A stretch of DNA of 64,000 bases from Chrysomallon squamiferum (GCA_012295275.1 CM022673.1:3038001-3102000), one strand, 5' to 3'. Shown: positions 16,311 through 35,714, counted from the stretch's first letter. The notes: generated by a model not told the origin, from the letters alone. Numbers and translations: made by a program.

Positions 16311-17201
16311 TTATTCGTTAGTTTGTTGCGGTTTATCCACGTGTTTATCCATATCATCCAACCACTGTCGTATCCTGCCGTCTTGAAAGTACTTCTTGTC
16401 CTTGCTGTAGTGATACGCGACTGTGTGTGAGCAAAACTTTTCGTCGATTATCTCCTCGGGCGACTTCAGGTCTTGTTTCTGAACCGACGAGCTTTCCGTC
16501 ATCAGTTCGGGGCACAGCGACAGACTCGTCTCGTTCTTGTCCTGCTCGCTCGTTTCCGTGTCGGCGCCGTGCACGTCTTTGAGGTTCACACACGACTGGG
16601 ACGTCCGCGTTCCCACGGCGGCTTCGACGACGTGGCGCGCTTTTTTCTCCTTCTCCGGATTCGACATCAGTCGCCTCAGCTGCGACGACGTCTTGTCGTT
16701 GGTGACGTCGTTGTGCCGTCCCGTCAGCGAGCTCGTCTCTGAAGACGACGACGACGACGAATCGTTGGAGATTAAGCCGATGCTTCTCGCGGTGCACTCG
16801 CTGTTGAGCGACACCGAACTGCCGACCCGGCTCGACGTCGTCAACACCCGCAGCGTGTTCGCCGGGTCGAACGTCTCCATCCACTCGTTATTGGGATCCT
16901 TCGCACTCACCTCCAAGTCCACGGACCGCCTCGACATCCTCGGAGAGCAGTACACGCCCAGTTTGTGACCGTCCGTTCCCTCTCCTTCGGGTCCCATGAA
17001 CCGTTCCATCGCCAAGTTCGGCATGCTGGACGCTGGGATGCCCATCTCGCCCGCCGGCCGGTTGACGCCCTCGTAGGCGTCGGGCACCGTCCTGTCCCTG
17101 TCGTCGAGTATAATCTTGGGGATGTTCGTCATGTCGCTGGTCTTAGGTGCAGACGACGGTCTTCTCCTCTGCACGTCTGCTCGCCTGTACTCGGCCGCCA
17201 T
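16311..17201 (-). CDS. Uncharacterised Ser/Arg/Asp/Glu-rich, probably disordered protein (296 aa, MAAEYRRADVQ...KPQQTNE); either single-exon or a terminal exon
   Basis: 891-nt uninterrupted, non-repetitive ORF that is much more GC-rich than its flanks, with many G/C-ending codons. ATG at 17201-17199 in good context (GCG ATG G), TAA at 16313-16311. No domain recognised. Confidence 0.75.
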   Translation of the reverse strand: MAAEYRRADVQRRRPSSAPKTSDMTNIPKIILDDRDRTVPDAYEGVNRPAGEMGIPASSMPNLAMERFMGPEGEGTDGHKLGVYCSPRMSRRSVDLEVSAKDPNNEWMETFDPANTLRVLTTSSRVGSSVSLNSECTARSIGLISNDSSSSSSSETSSLTGRHNDVTNDKTSSQLRRLMSNPEKEKKARHVVEAAVGTRTSQSCVNLKDVHGADTETSEQDKNETSLSLCPELMTESSSVQKQDLKSPEEIIDEKFCSHTVAYHYSKDKKYFQDGRIRQWLDDMDKHVDKPQQTNE

Positions 17202-18392
17202 CGCCAGGCTCGAAGTTAAAGCCACGTCTATTGGCTGGTTTCGGCGAGGAAGCGAGATGTAAGGAGATATCGATTGGTTGATTCGTGCCCATGTGTTTGA
17301 TCGCGTTTCGCGAATGTGATCGATCGACCAAATGTTATTTTGCTTTTATTTTCCTATTGTTGTCCTTCTTCTCGAAAAAAAAAAAAAAAAAATCCTTGAC
17401 AAGAACACATTTTCCACGCTTGCTGGTATACAATCAGAGCCGTTTTAAGTGTTATTTTATTTTACTTCAGCTTAATCGGTTCACACCGTGGATGGCCGCT
17501 ACTGATGATGCTCCACTGTATTAACAGCGTTAAGAAAATCGATTGGACGCCTACTATCATGTCAACATCATCATGTATCGCTGAACTTTGCCTCGCTCAC
17601 AGCAGCTCCGCACCAACCTCATTAAATTTTAAATTACGACTGAACGTAACTTTACGTTTACTTCTCTCTCTCTCCAGCCTCTTCTTAGCCGTCTTTTTGG
17701 ATTATTTGAAAAGCACAGTTAGTTAGTGCCTGTGCGTGATAACCTGATTTACATGTATATGCATGTCTTGTACTTTTATAACATCGTGTGAATGTATGTA
17801 GTCTGTCTGTTGGTATATATGTGTATCTGTGTTGTGTCATTGTGTGTTTCTGGGTATGTATGTATGTATATGTATGTATGTATGTAAGTATGTATACATG
17901 TATGTATGTATGTATGTATGTATGTATGTATGTATGTATGTATGTATGTATGTATGTATGTATGTATGCCTGTATATATGTATTTATAAATCTATGTATG
18001 TGTCTGTATCTGTATGTACGTATGTATGTATGTGTATATGAATATGTATGTATATATCTTTGTATTAACGTATGTATGTATGTGTATTTGCATGAGCGCT
18101 TGTATTTTTCTACTACCAGAAATAATACTGCTATTACTAACTACTACAGTTACCATTTCCAATAATACTCTATTACTGCTTGTAACACCGTTACTTCTAT
18201 ATTTATTACCATTACGACAACTAGTACTATTACAACTACTACTCATTCTACTACTAATGTTATTTATAAAGTTATCTATGAATAAATAATCTTTTTTCTC
18301 TAAATTAGATCTCACATCAGCTGGTTTGAAAACCATTGAACAACTAATTTATTAATAGTAGTACACACACATAAACAGACAGACAGACAGAC

Positions 18393-18510
<118 letters not shown>

Positions 18511-19415
18511 ACTGAAGCAAATTATGCAGTAAACAATTACACATGAATTCTAAATATGTCAGCCGATTGTAATATAAGATATTGTGACAGATACATGACA
18601 TACGGGTTTGTGTGTGTATGTTATATGATACATGTGTGCGTGTGTGTTTGTGTAAATATATATTATAACAATAGCGCTCGAATCTTCTGCTAAACATTGC
18701 AGCACTGTCTGGTTATTTCTGAGGCTGTATTTAGACTTAGTTCAGACTATACGAGGTATCACGAGCTAAGGGAAATAACTGGTCGCACATAAATTGTGAG
18801 AATTATGTACGTAAAATAAGTTCTGAGACATAACTTTTTTATTTTATTTTTTTAATTTAATTTGATTAAAGGTTAAGATGGGGAAAAGCAAATAAGGATT
18901 TTACATACAAGAAAAGCTAATTTTTGAGGATTATGTTGAGTGAATGAGATTATAAACGTTTTTGTTTTTTGTTATTAAATTGTTACCATATAAGGTGGGG
19001 GAAAAGCAAATAAAGATTTTACATATTATAAGAAAAAAAAATTATTATTATTATTATTGATAGCGTATACGTTTTATTAAATAATTTGCTTGCAAATAAG
19101 AAGTGCGTACAATCATACAGTTTCTATCAAACAACAATAAGGAAATGACGTCACCAATCATCTGTTGCCATGAAGGATGACCCGCGCTAACGTGAATTTT
19201 GAGAACAATTCAAGTAACACTTAGATCTTTCACCGGTTAGCGGGACAAGCTATTATGGGTGACAACTCTAAAACAAAAGGTGCATTAACTGCTGATGTTT
19301 TTCTGTTTCAGTTAGATAATTTGTTTGTAATAAGAAGTAATCGAATCTGTTTGACTTTCGTGCGTATTTGACACTATTAACATTATTATGATTATGATTA
19401 TGATTATTATTATTA

Positions 19416-19501
<86 letters not shown>

Positions 19502-19691
19502 TGCTGTTATTGTTGTTGTTTTTATCGTTGTTACTTTTGTAGGTATTCATCTAATAGGTTTTGGTGTTATATATGTATATATACTTAATTTTATATATGC
19601 ATGCATGTATTAATAAGAATGTTTATGCGTGTGTGCGTGTGTGTGTTTGTGTGTATACATGTGTGCGTATATATATATATATATATATATA

Positions 19692-20391
19692 CAATGGTAC
19701 CTCGACATACGAGTGCCCCAACTTACGAGTTTTTCGAGTCGGCCGGTCGAATTTTTGCTTTGAGTTGCGAGCCAGAATCCGAGTTACGAGCGAGCTTCAT
19801 ATACGGCGCAACGAACAACAAACATCTGGCCAACATACGGCGCGCCTCACTCGTTTACTTCACGTGGTTACCTCGCCGCGAAAGCCTCTCTGTTGTGTTG
19901 TGCTCGCGTTTTGTGCAGTATTTTGCCAAATTTCTTTTTTCTGGCCATGGATCCTAAGAAAGTGAGTGCGGAGAAGAAGAAGCGGATGAAGTCCATTGAA
20001 TTAAAGCTTGAATTCATAGAAAAACTTGAACGAGGTGTGCATGTAGTCGATTTGGCTAGGCAGTATACATACTGAAGCTGAAGGAGTCAATATAGGCTGT
20101 AACTACAGCCAAAGGCATTAAAATATTTTATCTGATCTCCAAGATAAGTACACTTTACAAAACCAATTTATTTCTTTACATTCTCTTTTATTATGTTTTT
20201 ATACAATATTTGTCATTGATAAATACATTTTTCTTATTTAAAAACATGGTAGAAAAAAAAAAAAAGGCTGGTTTTTGGGGGTTAATGGTATTTCAAATAA
20301 TTTCTGTTTGAAAAATTGATTTGATATACGAGCAATTGAGATATGAGCTCGGACACGGAACGAATTAAACTTATAAGTCAAGGTACCAATG
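19692..20391 (+). mobile_element. Internally deleted Tigger/pogo (Tc1-mariner superfamily) DNA transposon
   Basis: Terminal inverted repeats CAATGGTACCTCGACATACGAGT / ACTTATAAGTCAAGGTACCAATG (18/23 match), flanked by TA on both sides. It keeps the transposase N-terminus from ATG 19947 (MDPKKVSAEKKKRMKSIELKLEFIEKLERGVHVVDLARQY, a CENP-B/psq-type HTH), after which the frame is broken. Confidence 0.88.
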
Positions 20392-20527
20392 TATATGTAT
20401 GTATGTATGTAATCATGATTTAATGTGTATGTTGTTTGCGTCAGTGTATGTGTGTGTGTGTGTGTGTGTGCGTGTGTGCGTGTGTGCGTGTGTGAGCCAC
20501 TATACAGAAATAAAAGTAAACTAAAAT

Positions 20528-20647
20528 ATGTAGTGACGTCCTTGCAGTGTGACGATTAGCTAAGGAAGAGTAGTAATGACGTCATCAGTCATTTGTTGTC
20601 ATGCTGGGTGATCCTGGATCTATTTATGGATATCGAAATAAAATCAG
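20528..20647 (+). promoter_or_regulatory. Promoter and short first exon of SDR paralogue 1, with CRE-like TGACGTC(A) motifs
   Basis: Clearly homologous to 25231-25347 upstream of paralogue 2. TGACGTC at 20534 and TGACGTCA at 20577. Ends in donor CAG|GTAAAG at 20647. Confidence 0.6.
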
Positions 20648-20745
20648 GTAAAGTATTTTTATAAATAGCTGTTATATACCTCATTTAATTTTAAAAATAT
20701 AGATACAGTAAAGATAAACTTTAGACACAGATACTACTCCTACTC

Positions 20746-20781
<36 letters not shown>

Positions 20782-21010
20782 ATAATAATAATAATAAATA
20801 AATAAATAAATAAATAAAAATAAATAAATAAAATAAAATAAAACAAAATATAATTAAATTTAAAAAATCCGTGCACTTCACAGAACAATCCTGTGCGTGT
20901 TCGTCTTTTATGTGTGTGTGTGTGTGTGTCTGTGTATGTGTGTTCCCCGTTCCTTTTTTTTTTTCACTATCATCATTTTATTTAATTTCAAGTAATTTTA
21001 TTTCAGAAAA

Positions 21011-23642
<2,632 letters not shown>

Positions 23643-23734
23643 CAACGTCATCGGTTTATAATACAGTTTTCTAGACATGAAATGTATTTAATAAGAATTT
23701 ATTATAAACAAAAATATTACGTGTGGATGTTTTA

Positions 23735-23787
<53 letters not shown>

Positions 23788-25230
23788 AGAGAAAAACACA
23801 TATATTTTAAGTTAAAAAAAAATCTAAAAAAAAAAAAAAGTAGTGGAAAATGATAAGAAAAGAAAACATATGATGAAACATTAATCTTGTTCATTCAGTT
23901 TGTCTGTCAGTCTGTGCGTGTGAGGGTGCGTGTTTGTGTGTGCGAATGTGTACGTGTATATGACTATTTAAGATGTTTATAGAACACCTTTTTAGGTATA
24001 TACTTCCTTTTGATAAATTATTTTGTTGCATATGTCTCATTATGTAATATAATTTACTTCTTTTATTTTATTTTTAAACCGTTTCTTTGCTATGATCGTA
24101 TATTTAATATATTAACATTGTTTACTCTTTACTCTGTTGTTTAAAAGATCTAATGTTATAAGATGCAAAGAGAAAAAATTATAAAATTAAATGAACGAAA
24201 GCTAACGGAAAATTTGCTTACTACATTCATAAAATATATTCATTTTAAAGACGTTATTATATAAAAAGGTTAATAATTGTTGTTTAAGACATTAATATAA
24301 AATTTCTATATTTAGATTTAATATTAGTTTAGGTTTGAAGATATTTGTACATAGACTTAAGATTGGGACATAATTAAAGGCACTCATAGATGACTTATTA
24401 AAAAAAACTTAAACTATATTATCACATTTTTATTTATAACTTTCATCAGTTTTATTTATAAAACTTTATTATTTGTATATAATCAAATAATATTTTATAT
24501 ATTTTTTAATTTTTACAAAAAATTTTGAAAATACGACGTTTTAACTATAATTTTATACATTATTTTGTAATAAAAAATAAATTAAAAATCCTTTTTTCAA
24601 TAATCATTGTTTGTTATTTTTCTATGAATCTATTTATATACTAGATTTTTTTTTTAGTTATATGAACTATATACTTTTTCATTAGCATTCCTTGAAATTA
24701 AAAGTAATATGTCTAATGAAGTTACAAATACGGCGTAAGACACTCCACCGTACGATGAAGAACAGTTTAAGCATATACTTTAAGATGTCGAGATATGTGT
24801 AACAAAAATAAAATTATTTTAAGCATGAGTTATTACCACACTTCAAATATATTAGGTCATTTGACATGCGCACTGATTTTCAATCCAACCAATGATAAAC
24901 AAATGAAAACGGCGCATGTCGCTATAGATCCGTTATAAGTTTAAAATGGAAAATTAAGGGGGAGGGAATCTTTTCTTTGTCCGATTTTGTAAATTTATTA
25001 TTATTTTTTTTTTTTATCATAACCAGTCTTAGCGAACTGTCGTATTACTATATATTAGTGTTAAATTTTAAATATGAGATGTATTAATTTTTGCTTCTTA
25101 TAATTATTAGAATTTTTATTCTATTGCAAGGTTTCAATTCGAATGCTCTATAAATTTATTATTATTATTATTATTAATGTCGCGGGCAAGTGTATGTATT
25201 TATATCGTTTATGAATATAAGTATAAAAAT

Positions 25231-25347
25231 TATGTGGTGACGTCATCACAAAATGACGATTAGAGGAAGCAAAAGTGGTAAAAACGTCATCATGTTGCCA
25301 TGTTGGGTGGATCCGGGGCCACTTTGCGGATTCTGAAATAAAACTAG
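25231..25347 (+). promoter_or_regulatory. Promoter and non-coding first exon of SDR paralogue 2
   Basis: Homologous to 20528-20647. TGACGTCA at 25238. Donor TAG|GTAAAG at 25347; acceptor TTTCAG at 25863, just before the ATG. Confidence 0.6.
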
Positions 25348-25867
25348 GTAAAGTTTTATAAATACCAGTTTTATCAATATAAATGGGGCTCAGATACTTT
25401 TAAATTTTAATCTTGACACAGATTTTAATATTTACATAAAATTTATGTTGCAGTTACCAATGTTTTATTTTTTTTCTTCCAAAAACACGTCTTAATTTTA
25501 GAGGCTAGATTAAATGTTTAGATTTTAATTTTGCTATTACAACAAGAAGTAATAAAGAAGTAAAAACTGTATTTTAACTGTGATATAGTTTAATTTCGCA
25601 GCTTTCAGTTTATTTGTTTGTTTGTTTGTTTTTTATTTTCTGTGTGTTTGGCCGGAGACGGGGAAAAAAAAAAAATCAAGATATGATTTTTTTCTTTTTC
25701 AAGTAAGGGACATAACTCCAATCTTTTGATTATTATTATGATTAATACTGCTGTAATATAATATATTTCAGAACGTTCACTTTCACTTGGCTCTGTGTGT
25801 GTGTCTGTGTGTATCTGTCTGTCTGTTTTTATGCTATTCCCTTTCTTCGTAATTGTATTTCAGAAAC

Positions 25868-28144
<2,277 letters not shown>

Positions 28145-28535
28145 TGTTATTAAGCACAGGGCAGAATTATAGTTAACAAAATAGGCTTTAAGTAATATCT
28201 ATGCGGATTCTTTATGTATCAATGTTTGGAAGGAAATAGAAGTTAAATTATATATCTGAATATGATTCTGCATTTAGTATATAAACAGATTATTATTTTG
28301 TTATTATTATTATTATTATTACTACTACTACTACTACTACTTATTATTACTACTACTACTACTACTACTACTTATTTTTATTACTACTACTACTACTACT
28401 ACTACTACTTATTATTATTATTACTACTACTACTATTATTATTATTATTATTATATAACTGTATCAGTTATTTTGTTAATATCTTTACGAGTTTTTAATT
28501 GGAAAGATACGATGAATTTATTTTAAAATATATCT

Positions 28536-28617
<82 letters not shown>

Positions 28618-29054
28618 GTGTGTGTGTGTGTGAGTGAATATAAAATGCCTTATATGAATTCTGGAAAGGTTTAATTACCAAATTGATCGGATATAACTTA
28701 AATGAATTTTGGGCTACTTTAAACTGTTCAAAGTTACTAGCTGTATCTGATATGAATTTTGGACTCAAATCATTGGCTTTCTAGAAGGATAAGGTGTCAC
28801 AAATATATATATATATATATAATACAGGAAAGAACAAGAAGTCGAAGAGACGTTATATATTTATTTATTTATTTATTTTTAAATATTCCCTGTAATGTAA
28901 TATTTTTAAATAAATGGAACCCAGTATCAGGAAAATATGTAAAGATTTATTACTATAGAAGTTTAGTTATTGTATAAAATGCGACGTATACATTTCTCAT
29001 TATTATAACATGAAATAAAGTTAAGTTTATTTTCAATGATAGACAGTACGGCCA

Positions 29055-29243
29055 TAACTAGACTGTTTTTGAAATGAGGCGAAAAAAGTTAACTGGGCGT
29101 AGAGTCTGAAAAAGTGGATATCGTTTCCATCGGAATGGAGATTTATATTTTATATTTTCTAAATAAAATCTTTGTATAAAATGAAATAATTAATTAAAAA
29201 ATTAAATTAAAATCGTCAATTTCAATATGAGGCATTTATCTCA
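29055..29243 (+). repeat. Dispersed repeat, copy 1 (probable transposon relic)
   Basis: TAACTAGACTGTTTTTGAAATGAGGC ... AAATCTTTGTATAAAAT ... TCAATTTCAATATGAGGCATTT recurs colinearly at 38753-38964. Confidence 0.7.
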
Positions 29244-29693
29244 TTTGCATCAGCATAGTTACGACCAAGGTCGGTGGATATTTAGCAAGATCCTGGTTTA
29301 TTTTGTGAAAACTGTTCTGCATAATCTCGAATGTATAGTAGTTTTGAAATATTAGCGTTAATAATGTGGCAAAATATGTTAAAAAAAATTATTTCAAATG
29401 TTTGCAGTTAAAATTGTATTATGTTATTTATTTAAATTATGTATTTATTTCATGTAATTCAGTTACATACTGTTTTATTTAACCGACTGTTAACAAAAAA
29501 AAAAAAAAAAAAAAAAAACACGACATTGTATTTGACATTTTACAATAAATTGTAAATACATCGGTATTGTTTGTTTTATTTCACTTTTTTTTCTTTATGT
29601 ATTGGCTTTGTTGTTAATTAATTTACTCAGTGTTGTGATATGCCGGTATAATGTAGAAAGTAATGATAAACAAATAAATAATAAATACAAATA

Positions 29694-29724
<31 letters not shown>

Positions 29725-31457
29725 ATACAAAATAAAAAATAATAAGTAAATGAATAATTTACATCAGTATTCCTTTAGGGGTATAACAAAAATAAAATTA
29801 CATCACATTAATATCAGATACATTCTGCCCCGTGTTTTGGTCCCAGGAACATTTTATATATGTAAAACCAGCAGACGTAAATACACTTCAGTAGAAACTT
29901 TAAATTGATTCCCACATATCTCCAAGCGATCGAAAAATGCATAAAATCTGCACCATCTATCTATCAAAGAAAATAAATATATGAAGGATTAACAGTCCTT
30001 CACAACTTGCTCAGAAGAAAAACCAATCTGTTCATTGTTTACTGGAACAGTACACTCGATTATAATCGCACCAAAACTGTTATTCGAAAATTTCTGAAGA
30101 ATGACTCACAGAACTATACCAAGAATCCAGGCTAAGTTGCCGGTTAAAGACTTTCTGTAGACCGTGACCTTGAAATGATGATCTGCAGTGGAATTCCATG
30201 ACTTGAACTGTTATTTATTTATTTTTTAATTGTTTAGAAGTCATAGGCACCTTAATCTTGGTCTCAAATTCCGTAATCTTTTAGCAGAAGTGTTTTTGAC
30301 AAATTTTATGACTTGATTTCCTTTTCGATTTAGGTCATCATCTTGAGATTCCGGTCAGAACAGAAGGAAATTTGTTCGGCAAAGGAGCACGACGTCTCGG
30401 AAATCTTGATGCTGACTGAAACCAAGAAAAAATGTCAAAATGTTATAGTTTTGCAAATTTTCGTTAAATTTATTTTTATTCTCAACAGCAGAGTAATAAT
30501 TAAATGTACACGGAAGCATTTAGAAAGGTTGAAAGAAAGAAAGAAAGAAAGAAAGAAAGAGCGAGAGAGAGAGTTGAGAGAGAGGTGTGTGAATGAGATT
30601 ATAAAACTACAAACCATAACTTATAAAGGTAGTCAGTTTGTCGAATACTGAAGATCTAGCTACCTGTTGCTCTCTGTCTGTCTGAATTTTTTCAGTTTCC
30701 CAACATATCCGACTGTTTGTTTACTTTGCCTAGTTGTCTCTCTACACGCCTGTAGGACTTTAGGTCTTACTGTCTATATGCCTAAATGAATCTGCCTATT
30801 TGCCTCTAACGTATATATATTTCACTGCAGGACTCTAAATTCTAAAGAATGTACCTCAGCCTGTCTGTATGATTTTGTGACTATGTCTGCATCCGACTAT
30901 ATGAATCTATGCCTGTCTCTTTATTTGCATTTATAAGCAAGTCTGTCTATATATCTGCCTATACCATTCAACGCTTATCTATCTGTCTATCATTCAGTAT
31001 GACGCTACATCTGTATATCTGTTTGCCTATATGACTGTGTGTCTGCTTGTTTGTTTGTGTTTCTGCCTCGCTATCAGTCTAACTGTCTTTCTGTCGGTCT
31101 CTCTCTTTATCAGAGTATATGTCTGTATGTCTGTCTGTCTCTCTGTCCATACTTACATTATACATTTGTCGAAGAGCTTCATTCTGACATTGCCAAGCGT
31201 TACCTGAAAATTACAAATAACAGTTTTTCAGGACATATTTTTATTACTTGCTTTTTTGTTTTCATTTCTATATGCATGTTTTGTTTTATTGCTGTTTTTT
31301 TTTTCTATAAATATTTGTTTCAGATGAGATATTTAACCCATACTCAGCAATAATCTACTCTCAAACAATATTTTATTTATATACTACTACTACTATTACT
31401 ATTACTACTAATACTGTTGATAATAATAATAATAATATTAATAACAATATTATTATA

Positions 31458-31489
<32 letters not shown>

Positions 31490-31964
31490 GTTATTATTAT
31501 TATTATTATTGGATATTTACCAATCCATGCTCTCGTTCTGTTTATTTGCAAGGTGGATCTCTTTGGAAAATTGTACTGCAACAGTAGATTAAGAAAATAT
31601 TAATTATTAGCACAAGAAGTATTTTAATCGTTAAAAAGTACATCATTTATAAATTGTTAAATCCATCGCTCGTAAGATATAGAGAACAAAATGAGATATT
31701 AAATTATGCATATAATGTACATATATTAGAAAAATAATAGTAATGATTTAAGTTTCACAATCATACGTGTAAATTTATATATATCAGAAAAATAATGAAA
31801 AGATATTTTGGAGAACAAGTCTTATATATATTAAATTTATAATTTTTGAAATTATATCAAAAGCAATTACGTATGCGTGTATGCGTTGACACACTTCCAC
31901 ACAAACGTAAACCCTACACAGAATTTTTTTTCTTAACCTCCAATTTTAAAATGATTTTTTTTAC

Positions 31965-32218
31965 CTGAGAATATGTATTTATTCCGTACAGAAAAATCAA
32001 TTCATCCAGTAAAAAACATTTTTCATCTATATGGTCACGTGATTCCACACAGCTGTTCTGCAACAAGTCTTTTTGATTGGAAATTCTTTCTCTCCGCCGA
32101 ACACTGCCGACGTGGCTTTGAGCCGATTTAGTTCTCATGTCGGGAACTGCCGCCTGACCTGACGGACATCGCCGATAACACACGGAAACTGATCGAATAT
32201 AGTTCGCTTCGACAAAAC
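31965..32218 (-). other. Candidate internal exon of a minus-strand transcript
   Basis: Acceptor CTGACTTTCAG| at 32219 and donor CAG|GTAAAA at 31965. 254 nt, GC-richer than its flanks and open in one frame throughout. No recognisable homology. Confidence 0.35.
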
Positions 32219-32514
32219 CTGAAAGTCAGTTGAAATAATGATTATTGAATGCTAATAATGATGATAATGATGATGATGATGATGATAATAATGATAATAA
32301 CAACCTCAAACAACAACTACAAAACAACATCAACAAGGACGATCAAGTCAACAACTACTGCTACAACTATTACTACTACAACAACTGTATTGCTATTACC
32401 ACTGCTGCTGCTACTACAGTCACAATTACAACAACAACAACTATTACTAAATGCTACAACAAGAACAACAACATTGATAATAATAATAGTAATAATAATA
32501 ATACTAATAAATAA

Positions 32515-32546
<32 letters not shown>

Positions 32547-33208
32547 AAAATAATAAGTAATCAACGTTATCATAAACTTCTATTTCATATGTTTTAACAT
32601 ATAAATATAACCAACCCTTTTTTTTTTTCCAAAAAAAATCTTTAAAAAAAAAATCAAAATCAAAAAGAATTTTAAAGAGCAACTTTTCCTCCATAATGAA
32701 ACTCAAAACAGTCCAAGAATATAATCATTGCACATTTCATACATCTAATGAGAAATGCTGTCTTTAATTTCTTTTCACGTGTAATATCTTCTTTGATTGC
32801 TTTGTATCGTAAAAAGATCGATTGAGCAGTGAAAATGGTTTTCCATGCCCACACACACAACTGAGAGAGATCTGGGTAAAAGCAATATTCCAGCTAACGC
32901 GTGGGCGCTGGAGAGTCGATTTAATTTACATGGATTGATAAAAGCCAGGTTAACATAAAAGCAGACATCTTATGTAAATAGAGAATTTTATGAAATCCGG
33001 GAAAATGCAGAATTCAGAATTCAGTTTTTAGTCCATTAATGCTTTTTATAAAGTGCAGTAATAGGTGAAATGAGACGTTGATTTTAAGCAGTGATATTAA
33101 TAAAGTTTTTTTTTTTCTTCATTTTCTTCTTTCTTTCTCTCTTTCTCTTTATTTTCAAGTCATCTTTTTTCTTTTTTTCTGAGAGTTTTCTCTCTATTTC
33201 TGTCTCAT

Positions 33209-33255
<47 letters not shown>

Positions 33256-33709
33256 TACACACACACACACTCACACACACACACATAGATACAAAATTTC
33301 ATTATTCTTTAACTCTCTCTAAATAACATAATATCAGTTAAAAAACATAATAGTATTAAAATAAAAAGGAACGAAAGAAAACACAACAAAAGAATCGACC
33401 ACGAGAATAATTACAGACTTGCTGATATGTTACACAATGATTTGCAAGGTTATCGAACTGACGTGATATGGAAAAAATAGTTTTTCTGGTATTACGGTTT
33501 AACAGTCACTGAATCCTTAAAGATACGCATACCCACACATATTTTACTACTTTAACTTCTATGTAAGCTGTTTTAAAACATGAATTAATAAAACGAGGTG
33601 TTTTTTTTATGTAGTTTTTTTTCTTTTAATATACTTAATAATTATTGTGAATGTTATATGTATATATCGGTATGTATTTATGTATATCTTCCTCTCTATT
33701 TATATACGA

Positions 33710-33750
<41 letters not shown>

Positions 33751-35639
33751 AGAGTACATTTAAGAGAGTGCACAAGTATACAGGTTCCGACTATTGTACA
33801 GTTCATAATGTATTGATATTAGCAACAGTAACTGTTCGTATACAGTGACCTTGGGAAGAAAGCAATCCATAGTACGGACAAAGGCAATAAAATCAATTAA
33901 TAACATTTATTCCGAGTTTGTTCTTGGCTCAGTGTGTAGCGAATAGCTTTACAGAAAAGTAAATGCAGTGATCACGGAGAACACTCTGTATTCGAAATAG
34001 AGAAACAATGAAACAGCAGAAAAACCAAGAAAAGCAACAAAGGATTATTAAAGGAAGAAACGAACGAAGACGCTAACTAACGAACGAAAGAACAAAAGAA
34101 ATAATGAAAGAAAGAACGAAAACGAAAGGCAAATCAATGAAACTGTTTGATGGTTTAAGACTTACATGCCATAGTAAATCCAAAGAACGAAGACAAACAG
34201 TCCCTGAACGTCCAACAGCTAAACCTGAAACATCTTTGTCCTTTTTTTTTTTTTTAAACCCAGCCTTCCACTGCTAACATTCCTAACACAAACAGGTGGT
34301 AAATAAACCAACATCCATGAATTGTCTCAGCCCTGAATGAAATGTTCGTTTTAGCTTATCGTAATTGTTTTTCAAACGTCAGCAAGTTGACGAATTCTGG
34401 TTTTCTACGGCATGTGGTATTTTCATTATGGCGCATTGAAAAGCGAACAAAACGCTAAAATGAAATACAAGCAGCATTGTATGGCAAACTAATTACATGC
34501 AACGTCGCATTTTCCACCTGGCTGAATAAAACAGTCGGGAATGCACAGAGTCACTAAGTCATATTGTTTATGTATGTATACCACGGCTTACTGAGCACTC
34601 TGGCTCTGGTAGTTTATCATAAAGCCACGTGACGTCATAAGTCCTTATTGTAAGTTCCAAAACAGCTTACAAAATGATATATTTGTTATTAATTTTGTTA
34701 TTACTATTAGTACTACTACTACTACTACTACTATTATTACAACTACCACTACTGCTTCTTTTACTACTACTACTGCTGCAATTACTACATCTACTTCGTC
34801 TTCTACCACTACTACTATCTGTACTATTACTGCTTTTACTAATACTACTATTTCTATTGCTGCTACAATCACCACTACCACCATCACCCTGCCATTAACA
34901 AAACAGTAGATCACTTGGTTAGAACGAACGTTGGAGCATTAATGGTCACATTCTCAATCCTCCTTACATCTGTTTCACATTTCAGTCAGTGCTATACAAA
35001 ACACAGTAGTATGTGAAATTTTCTGTGTTAAGGTTCATATTTTGTTGCTACTGCTCGGTTAGAGTACCTCATACAGTGGTCTTATCGGGTTTCTTCTCAT
35101 ATCATCATTATATATAGGAAACATCTGATTGAAACATCTGATATCAAAATGCGACGAAATGTTCTTACGTAAGAATTCATTGATTTATTCAGCTATTCAG
35201 ATAATAAGCACCTGAAAAAGATTAAGACTTGAAAGAAAGTTAATTAATTTTGCTGTGTATATGGATTATAAAAAACAGAATACAATGCCTCGACAAAGAA
35301 TGAAAAACGTACTGATATATCACTGTCGCAATAAAAAGGCAATAAAACGCACAATAAAAGAAAAAGAAATACGAAAATAAAAATAAATTAAAAACCATAT
35401 AAAAATGTGTGGCTTCATTGAAAAGGAGTACATTGATTTACGTTTAATGTTTAAACAGTGAATCCTTTGAAAGATAAAACACTGTTAGTTAGCGAAACCT
35501 ATATCATTCTGGAGAGACACTTATATCACCTCAGAGATAACAAACGCCATTTTGTTTCATTGTTAAATAGAGGAGAATGAGCTTTCGTATTCTTTCTGTC
35601 TTTGTCTCTTTTTCTCATTCATTTTTTTTTCTCCTAACT

Positions 35640-35714
<75 letters not shown>

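Noticed and set aside
16354-17219. Overlapping alternative-frame and antisense ORFs within the GC-rich ORF
   Set aside because: Expected by-products of high GC content and codon bias in the main frame; no independent support.
30150-30350. TGACCTTGA/AGGTCA motifs suggestive of a mollusc non-autonomous element
   Set aside because: Too degenerate, with no definable ends.
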